Origin: Candidatus Altimarinota bacterium
Lineage (GTDB): Bacteria; Patescibacteriota; Gracilibacteria; 1-14-2-50-48-13
Direction: 5' to 3'
Length of the DNA: 64,000 bases
Assembly (NCBI GenBank): GCA_046314355.1
Contig: JBKBWQ010000001.1
Coordinates: 608,001 to 672,000 of the forward strand
The notes under the pieces are model-generated. The model saw only the letters and a list, made by a program, of their open reading frames with translations, was not told where the DNA came from and made no database searches. Below are positions 26,486-33,674 of this stretch, piece by piece (the first letter of the stretch is position 1; each line of letters starts with the position of its first letter). A program made the position numbers and the translations under genes.

Positions 26486-27640
26486 CTAGGCAGGAAGGAT
26501 ATGGGTCTGATCAAAGATTTTCTTATCCAGACTAAGAAGCACTATTTCTTTTTCCATGGCTCTGTACATCGTCTCAATACTTGGAGTTGCGGATCCAAGA
26601 ATAAGCAATGTTCCTTCTTGAAGCTGAATATATGCTTCAGCAATTCTTCTTGCGTGGTACCTAGGATTCTGCTCATTTTTATAGGTCCACTCATGCTCCT
26701 CATCAACTATAATCACACCAAGATCAATCAAAGGAGCAAAGATTCCTGAACGTGAGCCAATAATTAGTGTACTTTCTTTCCTTTTTACCCGAAGCCACTC
26801 CTGTTGTTTTTCTCCCATAGATAAGTGAGAATGGAAAATACTTATTTTCTCTCCGAAGGCTTCAGTAAAATAGTGAATAAGCTGTGGAGTCAGTGCAATC
26901 TCAGGAACCAGAAGAAGTGTCTGTTTATCCTCTCTCTGCATCTTTAAAGCAAGCTCCAGATAGATATGAGTTTTACCTGAACCAGTAATACCAAATAAAA
27001 GAAATATATTCCTTTTCGTTTCTTTATAAACAGTATCAACAATCTCCTGCTGCTCTGATGTAAGATGCTTCTTTACAGCTGCTGCCTGATCTTTTGCTTC
27101 ACGAACTGGATCAAGCCTAAGATATGTTCTTTTGATAATCTCTTTTTCTATGGCTTCTTTTAAAAATCTTTCTGGAAATTCCTTCGAAAAATCCTTAGGG
27201 TTTTCTCCTGCTTCTATAACTTCCACTAGTTTTTTAAGCTTTTTAGATCTGGCAGAAATCTCATCTGAAGAAACCAGAGTACTATATTTCCATTGTATAT
27301 TTGGTGTATAGTTATCAATCCATATTTTCTCAGGGATAAAAAGACGCAGCACTCTATGCAGAGGAGACCTATAATACCAGGCAATCCAAAGTACCAGCAT
27401 TCCCTGTCTTGAAGTAAGCAGCGGCGCCTCAGAGTGAGCATGAATCGAAGAAATGTGCTTCAGTGCATGTATCTCTTCCTCATCCATTAGTTGCAGTACT
27501 ATCCCGAGCTTATCTTTATTGCCGACAGGAGCATATACTTGGAATCCAACTTGAAGTGTAGACACCAAATCATCTGGCACTGCATAGGAAAATGCTTCGC
27601 CTATCATCCCTACATCGTAGAAAGCTACACGTGCAACCAT
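26486..27640 (-). CDS. priA: Primosomal protein N', N-terminal half only
   Basis: 3'-binding domain (FSYAVP...VYAPVG), GITGSGKT, LVPEIALTPQ, DEEHE and SATPS; the protein ends before the Cys-rich region and helicase lobe 2. Confidence 0.8.
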   Translation of the reverse strand: MVARVAFYDVGMIGEAFSYAVPDDLVSTLQVGFQVYAPVGNKDKLGIVLQLMDEEEIHALKHISSIHAHSEAPLLTSRQGMLVLWIAWYYRSPLHRVLRLFIPEKIWIDNYTPNIQWKYSTLVSSDEISARSKKLKKLVEVIEAGENPKDFSKEFPERFLKEAIEKEIIKRTYLRLDPVREAKDQAAAVKKHLTSEQQEIVDTVYKETKRNIFLLFGITGSGKTHIYLELALKMQREDKQTLLLVPEIALTPQLIHYFTEAFGEKISIFHSHLSMGEKQQEWLRVKRKESTLIIGSRSGIFAPLIDLGVIIVDEEHEWTYKNEQNPRYHARRIAEAYIQLQEGTLLILGSATPSIETMYRAMEKEIVLLSLDKKIFDQTHILPA

Positions 27641-27670
27641 AAAAAAAGAGTCAAGAATGCTTCTTGACTC
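27641..27670 (-). terminator. Intrinsic terminator after the 3D-domain gene
   Basis: GAGTCAAGAA-TGC-TTCTTGACTC hairpin with a T-run on the minus strand. Confidence 0.7.
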
Positions 27671-27706
27671 TAGTGTACTGGAGGCTTAGTTACTTTCCAA
27701 GGGCAC

Positions 27707-29308
27707 TTACATTTTTTTCTCTCCCCAGCCCTTATTTGTTCCGTATAGACTTGGAAAAAGATTTTTAAATGTATCCTCTTTTCCAATTTTAAGCATTCCT
27801 TTAAAGAAGGCTGCGTCAGCTTTTCCTGTCGCTAATCCTGTATAAAGTCCTTTTCTCTTCATGTATTTCTGCAGTTCTTCAATCATCTGAGATTTTTCAG
27901 GAAGACTCTCCGCTCCTGGCATGCTCCAAGTAATCGTCGATGTCTTCATGATTGTATCGAAGCTCCGTGCAGCTTCAGGCGTGATCTTTTCAGTTATTGG
28001 AAGATTGTTTTTAATCTGGAACTGTCTCATGGCTGTTCGAGTCTGAGCATTCCATTTTCCGTTAATAGGTCCTGGATTATAACCCATAGTCATAAGTTTT
28101 GCTTGTACATCTTGGATGAGATCAGCAGATATCGTTGGAGTTTTGAAATCTATTGGATCATTATACTCAGTAGTTCTAGGCTTCTCGGCCTGAATAAAAG
28201 GTACTGTTGAGGTTGTGCTGATTGCGATCAACACTGGTACATTTTTACTTTCAGACTTTGGCGCTGCAACGAGTGATGCAATTTCCATTTGTGATGCAGG
28301 CATATTAGGAATAATTGTATCTGCCTTCACTTCATTTTTTGCAGAAGCAATTTCTACCTTTTGCTTAGATATATCTTTTTGAGCAAGGGTAACCTCTGCC
28401 GCAAGCTCATCAATCTTCACCTTTTTATTCATCAGAATTTCAATAAGCGTTACTCTCGTTTTCAAACCAAAGTATCCTGCTGCTGGATCATCCTCCGAAG
28501 AGACAATCTTTTTACTTACCTGAAATGTAAGAATAGAATTTGCTAATTCATATCCATACACACCATCAATTTTACCTCTATAGTATCCAAGTTTTGAGAA
28601 AGCCGCCTGGATAAGACGCACCTGATTTCCAGATGCTCCTACACCAATATTTGCAGGAAATGAGTTTAACAGTTCATCACGTTCAGCAAGCTCCTGTACC
28701 TGTGCCTGCAAAAGCATCGCTTCTGCTGGATCGAGAGCTGGTTCTTCCTTTTTGACTGAAGAATTTTTGCCATTAATCTGCTCCTGCAGTCCTCCATAAT
28801 TAATAGTATCAAGAGCACTACTATTACTAAGGATCTCTCCATCTACGACACGAACTCCCCATTGAAGTGCTCGCTGAAGACCTTCATCTCCATATCCCAT
28901 CCAGACATCTAAACGGTCATAATTATGCCCATTGTTTCCTGCAGCCACGATGGCACCTCCTCGATCCTCCACGGTTCCAACACCAAGTCCATTTAACTGG
29001 ATTTTCGTTCCAAATGGATATGTCTTAGGGGCTGCAATCATACCTGGATGTACAGCAACACCTGAAGCTCCAAATTCACCTCGTCCATTGAGCCTAATCT
29101 CAGCTTCATAATTACCGCGAAGATAATTTTCCTGACCACGAAGCGGAGAATAGTAAGCGCTTACCTTAAAAGTGTGTTTGCCCACAGAAGCACTTTGTGC
29201 GTATGCCTCTGGCGCTATAGAAAAAGAAGAAAAAATTTCACAAATGAATAGTGGGAGAAGAAATAGTACTACATTACGTTTTGTTTTCTTACTCGACGCG
29301 ACTAACAT
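27707..29308 (-). CDS. Secreted 3D-domain (MltA-like) protein with peptidoglycan-binding domains
   Basis: SAYYSP, MIAAPKTYPFGTKI, VEDRGGAI, RLDVWMG; PG_binding_1 repeats (LGYY.GKIDGVYG, MGYNPGPINGKW). Confidence 0.85.
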   Translation of the reverse strand: MLVASSKKTKRNVVLFLLPLFICEIFSSFSIAPEAYAQSASVGKHTFKVSAYYSPLRGQENYLRGNYEAEIRLNGRGEFGASGVAVHPGMIAAPKTYPFGTKIQLNGLGVGTVEDRGGAIVAAGNNGHNYDRLDVWMGYGDEGLQRALQWGVRVVDGEILSNSSALDTINYGGLQEQINGKNSSVKKEEPALDPAEAMLLQAQVQELAERDELLNSFPANIGVGASGNQVRLIQAAFSKLGYYRGKIDGVYGYELANSILTFQVSKKIVSSEDDPAAGYFGLKTRVTLIEILMNKKVKIDELAAEVTLAQKDISKQKVEIASAKNEVKADTIIPNMPASQMEIASLVAAPKSESKNVPVLIAISTTSTVPFIQAEKPRTTEYNDPIDFKTPTISADLIQDVQAKLMTMGYNPGPINGKWNAQTRTAMRQFQIKNNLPITEKITPEAARSFDTIMKTSTITWSMPGAESLPEKSQMIEELQKYMKRKGLYTGLATGKADAAFFKGMLKIGKEDTFKNLFPSLYGTNKGWGEKKM

Positions 29309-29416
29309 GTTTTTGTTTGTTATTTGTAAATGACTGTCTAATCATTATATCATGAGGAGGAAGGGCGTGCTATTGACGAGTGTAGAAAAATCATGGTTTA
29401 GTGATACTTAAGGGGG

Positions 29417-29522
29417 AGTAATTGAGTAAGAGAGTAAGAAAGTAATTGGGGCTCGGTAATTGGACTCAATAACTGTGCTCTAATAATTGAGTCCACTTAC
29501 TTACTTACTTACTTACTTACTT
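29417..29522. repeat. Intergenic palindromic repeat element, copy 3, ending in (ACTT)7
   Basis: AGTAATTGAGTAAGAGAGTAAGAAAGTAATTGGGGCTCGGTAATTGGACTCAA..., then (ACTT)7 at 29495-29522. Confidence 0.85.
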
Positions 29523-29629
29523 CCCTTCCTCCCCCACTTTTTCACAAAACATTGACTTTTTCTCTCATATCAGTAAGGATATATACCGTTATTCCCAACG
29601 TGCTTAATTTCTCAATATATAGCTCTATT

Positions 29630-29758
29630 ATGTTATCAAAATCTAAGGTTAGACGCCGACATCGAAGACATGGTTTTCTCTCCCGTATGCGTACTCCAGG
29701 AGGTAAGAAGGTACTTGCACGAAGAAGAAGCCGAGGACGAAAGTCACTCTCTGTGTAA
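29630..29758 (+). CDS. rpmH: 50S ribosomal protein L34
   Basis: [34 protein letters not shown] at 29630. Confidence 0.93.
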   Translation: MLSKSKVRRRHRRHGFLSRMRTPGGKKVLARRRSRGRKSLSV

Positions 29759-29772
29759 AACCCGCACTACTC

Positions 29773-30120
29773 ATGCTCAAAAAACGTGATCGTCTACGGG
29801 CTGAAGAAATAAAAGAAGTACTGACTAGAAAAGCTATACCTGTCAGTACTTCTTTTTTTAACATGCGCGTCCTTAGAAAGAATACTGAAAAACCTTTTGA
29901 TAGTAAGTTTGCTGTGACAGTCACAAAGAAGATGTATAAGAGCGCGGTAGATAGACATCATATGAAACGTCGTGTCATGGAGGCACTTCGGCTCACGAAA
30001 CATATTTTTCCACAAAATCTCTACATTTCTATAATGCCAAAGCCTGACACAGCAGCACTTTCTTTTGAAGAACTCCTTGTTGAAGTAGAAAATATATCAA
30101 AAAGAATTCGAAAGGGATAA
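29773..30120 (+). CDS. rnpA: Ribonuclease P protein component
   Basis: MLKKRDRL..., VTKKMYKSAVDRHHMKRR (RNR-like motif); directly follows rpmH. Confidence 0.88.
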   Translation: MLKKRDRLRAEEIKEVLTRKAIPVSTSFFNMRVLRKNTEKPFDSKFAVTVTKKMYKSAVDRHHMKRRVMEALRLTKHIFPQNLYISIMPKPDTAALSFEELLVEVENISKRIRKG

Positions 30121-30177
30121 AAGATTTCCAACTCAAGAAAAATCTTATATACTCACACTGTTATTTCTCCCAAAATT

Positions 30178-30492
30178 ATGATTTCTCTACTCTACGAAGC
30201 ACGCATCGTTGCCCATCGAATATTTCTAACTGTAGGAGCTCTATATCTTCTTTCAGCGGTATTGCTATTAAGTCCTATCAGCGCAGGGTTTAAAAGTCTT
30301 CTGAGTTTTATACATGTATTTACGTTCTTCCCTACTCTTCTTTTTCTAGGGATAAACGCGACCTTATTCTTTCTCACAATGAAAGATGTAAAAAGTACTG
30401 CTATGACTTCTCTGCCAACAAAAAATATTATTGCTGGAAGTATTGCCGGTGTCATCTCTGCCGTTCTTATTATCTGGCTTCTTCTTTTCTAA
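30178..30492 (+). CDS. Small three-TM membrane protein
   Basis: Three hydrophobic segments. Confidence 0.6.
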   Translation: MISLLYEARIVAHRIFLTVGALYLLSAVLLLSPISAGFKSLLSFIHVFTFFPTLLFLGINATLFFLTMKDVKSTAMTSLPTKNIIAGSIAGVISAVLIIWLLLF

Positions 30493-30493
30493 A

Positions 30494-31048
30494 ATGATGA
30501 AAAAAATATTAGCTGCTTTCATGATATGTGTACTGACAAGCTGTGGCACACCCGATGCAACGAGCTCTACAACGAGTTACACAGGACAGAATTATAATAT
30601 CAGTATTCCTACATCATGGGTCGAGATGCCTTCCAATGAAGTAGAAACACGACTCCCGGCAAATAACTTTAAAGTGTTCCGTGCTGGATACACTATAGAT
30701 GGAGTCTACCCAAAGCTTACGATCTTTCAGGAGAATCTACTCACAGCAACTAATAGTGCCACATATGCTAGTGACAATATAACAAAAGCTCCATTGGTAA
30801 CCCAGGAGTATACTAAACTCGACGTCAGAGATGCAACTATCAGCGGACAAGCAACAAAGATCCATATATTTCAGGCTCGACCGTCAGTGGATTCTCCAAT
30901 CCTGACATTTGTACAAGGATACGTCATCCAAGATAGATATACTGGATACACAATCAACATCACCACATCCACCTCTGAGAAAAACTACGATAAATATGCA
31001 GGTCTACTTACAAGTTTCCAGCTCCTAAAAAAAGAAGCGACAAAATAG
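30494..31048 (+). CDS. PsbP/DcrB-like lipoprotein
   Basis: MMKKIL...LTSC lipobox; YNISIPTSW, TISGQATKI and LLTSFQL fit a Mog1/PsbP fold. Confidence 0.65.
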   Translation: MMKKILAAFMICVLTSCGTPDATSSTTSYTGQNYNISIPTSWVEMPSNEVETRLPANNFKVFRAGYTIDGVYPKLTIFQENLLTATNSATYASDNITKAPLVTQEYTKLDVRDATISGQATKIHIFQARPSVDSPILTFVQGYVIQDRYTGYTINITTSTSEKNYDKYAGLLTSFQLLKKEATK

Positions 31049-31699
31049 TTATCCAACTCTCCTTTCACACGAAGCTGAACCAAGCCATGTATGAGGATTT
31101 CCCTCCCAGCACCAGCCGAGATTTGCTTGCTTTGCACCGTTGATCCAGATAGCAAGCACTCTTTTATCATTTGGAATTCTGGAAGCCAGCAATAGAAAAC
31201 AGTTATTCTTGAGCAGAAATTCAGGATAATACGTAATTAAAGCAATCCCCTCCTCTATTGTCAGTGCAGAACGGTTTTTTTGCGTGATAGATATCATAGC
31301 TTCTTTTGGAACAATATTAAGACTTTCTCTCCCTCTATCAATACCCACTATCAAGTAAGCACTTTTATTTGGTATGGTTATACTAGGGATATGTTGAAAA
31401 TCCTCAGGTTCCTTAGGTCTCATGATATCTATTCCCGGTTTACCGGAATATGTCACAAGATGCATCATCTTTTTTGCTGACATAAGCTCTGAAGATATCA
31501 CAATAGCAAAAGGTAAGTATCCTTTTTCAAAATCCACATCCTGAAGCTGCAGGGTATGTAACTGATGCCTTAATGGTTCAAGAAGACGCAGGAACTCCTC
31601 TATGCTAAGTCCGGTGTGTTCAGGATAATGTTTTCCAATAAGGATTTCAGTCTGATACTCAAATATTGCCATTAACCTATCCTGTGAAAGAAAAGACAT
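31049..31699 (-). CDS. DUF5701-family protein
   Basis: RSALTIEEGIAL...KNNCF...DKRV..IWI...LGWCWEGNPHTWLGSASC. Start MSFLSQ at 31699. Confidence 0.7.
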   Translation of the reverse strand: MSFLSQDRLMAIFEYQTEILIGKHYPEHTGLSIEEFLRLLEPLRHQLHTLQLQDVDFEKGYLPFAIVISSELMSAKKMMHLVTYSGKPGIDIMRPKEPEDFQHIPSITIPNKSAYLIVGIDRGRESLNIVPKEAMISITQKNRSALTIEEGIALITYYPEFLLKNNCFLLLASRIPNDKRVLAIWINGAKQANLGWCWEGNPHTWLGSASCERRVG

Positions 31700-31883
31700 A
31701 GAAGATGTAGAATTTAAAAATATCTGATTCAACAGATTAAATATATAAAAAGTATAGTGTTCTCTGTGTAAATGCAAGAATAAGGTGCTTCCTTCGCCTT
31801 GCAATATACAAATATTTCCCTAGTATAAGGAAGACGTATTTATACATCAGTCAGATTTTGATTTTCTCCTCACTCATTACATA

Positions 31884-33080
31884 ATGTTCAAAAAAGATTT
31901 TCTCATTACCTTCGTATTCGCGTTCGGACTAGCGCTTCTTATTAACTATTTTCTCTTCCCTGCAAAACCAGCAGCACCAGTAGTGACCGTATCAAGTGGT
32001 CAGCTTCTTATGATAGAGACTTCAAAGAAAGAATATGGTTATGGTGAGAATATAGAATTAAAGCTTAAGACTGGATCTGGAGGACAGGTCGTAACACTCC
32101 CGTCTGAATGTCCTGAGGAACCGTTTGATGTATACAAAAATGGACAGAAAGTAACAGCAGCTACAACGTATGCTTGCGAAAAAACTCCATACAGCATTCC
32201 TTCTACAGGCATAACAGTAAACTATGCACCATGGTATAAGGAATTATTCAAAGATGCAGGAAATTATTCCATCAAAGTTACCTTAGCCGGAGAGGTCTAT
32301 GAGGCCCCTTTTACTATTAAAGATGAAGGATTCTTTGGTTCTATCTGGAATACATTATTCAACCGACCTCTTTATAACCTCCTCATTCTTTTTACCACTT
32401 GGGCAGGAAATGACCTCGGTTGGGGTATCGTCATACTTACTCTGCTTATCAAGTTTATCCTTCTGATCCCAACTCAGAAAATGCTTGAGTCACAAAAAGA
32501 GATGCAGAAGATACAGCCGAAGCTTAAAGCTCTACAGGAAAAGTATAAGGATGACAAACAGCGGATCAGTCAGGAAACGATGGCACTTATGAAGGAACAC
32601 AAGGTTAACCCTCTTGGCAGCTGTCTTCCACTACTTATTCAGCTTCCTATCCTTATCGCACTCTACTTTGCGGTACAGCACGGATTGAACTTAAGCTCTA
32701 CGGTATTTCTATATGAGCCTCTCAAGAGTGTGAATATTGAAGCACTCAACCCTATCTTCCTTGGTCTTATCAATCTTGCAAATGCTGGAAATATCGTACT
32801 AGCATTAATTGTAGGATTACTACAGTTTATCCAGATGAAAATCTCATTTGCTGCAAATGGGACTCAGAAGACTCCTCCTAAGGTTGTGAAAGAAAATGGT
32901 GACCCTGCAATGCCTGATATGTCTCAGATGAATACATATATGACATATGTATTCCCAGTAATGATATTTTTTGTTTGTATCTCTGCTCCATCCGCAATCG
33001 GATTATACTTTGTAGTTTCTACAATCTTTGCTATCATACAGCAGTACTTTGTAAATAAAGAAAAGTATAAGGCAGTTTAA
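31884..33080 (+). CDS. yidC: Membrane protein insertase YidC
   Basis: GWGIVILTLLIK, MQKIQPKLKALQEKY, GSCLPLLIQLPILIALY and GLYFVVS motifs. Confidence 0.95.
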   Translation: MFKKDFLITFVFAFGLALLINYFLFPAKPAAPVVTVSSGQLLMIETSKKEYGYGENIELKLKTGSGGQVVTLPSECPEEPFDVYKNGQKVTAATTYACEKTPYSIPSTGITVNYAPWYKELFKDAGNYSIKVTLAGEVYEAPFTIKDEGFFGSIWNTLFNRPLYNLLILFTTWAGNDLGWGIVILTLLIKFILLIPTQKMLESQKEMQKIQPKLKALQEKYKDDKQRISQETMALMKEHKVNPLGSCLPLLIQLPILIALYFAVQHGLNLSSTVFLYEPLKSVNIEALNPIFLGLINLANAGNIVLALIVGLLQFIQMKISFAANGTQKTPPKVVKENGDPAMPDMSQMNTYMTYVFPVMIFFVCISAPSAIGLYFVVSTIFAIIQQYFVNKEKYKAV

Positions 33081-33106
33081 TTTGCTTCCATTATTATTGT
33101 GTATAT

Positions 33107-33568
33107 ATGAATCTTGCTGTCGAACTTACTACTATTACAAAAGAGCTTCTTGAGTTTCTTGGAATAGATACATCTAGTCTAGAAGTCTCAGAGACTGAAA
33201 AGAATACCTACAAAATCCAGATAGAAAGTGATGACGCTCCTCTACTCATAGGTAAGCATGGAGATACATTGATGGCACTTCAGCATCTCGTCAAAGCTAT
33301 GGTAAAGAAAAAGAATGATGATGAGATTATACTCATCATGGACGTAGGTAATTACCGCGAGCAGTATGAGAGTAAGATTCTTCTCATGGCAAAGCAGAAA
33401 GCAGAGAAAGTAATGCAGGAGGATGTACGAGAGACTCTGTTTCCTATGAATTCATATCACAGAAGAGTCGTACACACATACATCGTCTCTGAGTTCCCAG
33501 GGATTGAGACAGACAGCATAGGAGAGGAACCCAACAGAAGAATCACGCTGAAGAAGAAAGGTGTATAG
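33107..33568 (+). CDS. jag: Jag/EloR-like KH-R3H RNA-binding protein
   Basis: LLIGKHGDTLMALQ (KH) and PMNSYHRRVVH (R3H); follows yidC. Confidence 0.9.
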   Translation: MNLAVELTTITKELLEFLGIDTSSLEVSETEKNTYKIQIESDDAPLLIGKHGDTLMALQHLVKAMVKKKNDDEIILIMDVGNYREQYESKILLMAKQKAEKVMQEDVRETLFPMNSYHRRVVHTYIVSEFPGIETDSIGEEPNRRITLKKKGV

Positions 33569-33632
33569 TAGAATCTCTATAGCTCAATATCATGTGGGCT
33601 CTAGATAAGAATATGATTAGAGGTATAGCAAC

Positions 33633-33664
33633 AAAAAAGCCATCCAGATCTGGATGGCTTTTTT
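33633..33664. terminator. Bidirectional intrinsic terminator
   Basis: AAAAAAGCCATCCAGATCTGGATGGCTTTTTT, a perfect palindrome. Confidence 0.85.
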
Positions 33665-33674
33665 GTATAAGAGA

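Noticed and set aside
26398-26514. N-terminal extension of RecR, or a frameshifted PriA continuation
   Set aside because: The sequence resembles neither the PriA C-terminal half nor RecR; RecR homology starts at MKYPQ (26397).
29309-29629. oriC upstream of rpmH
   Set aside because: No dnaA is adjacent and I found no convincing TTATCCACA-type boxes.
33570-33625. Possible fifth copy of the intergenic repeat (AGCTCAATATCATGTGGGCTC)
   Set aside because: Only two weak units and no GTAA ends; cannot be distinguished from chance by eye.
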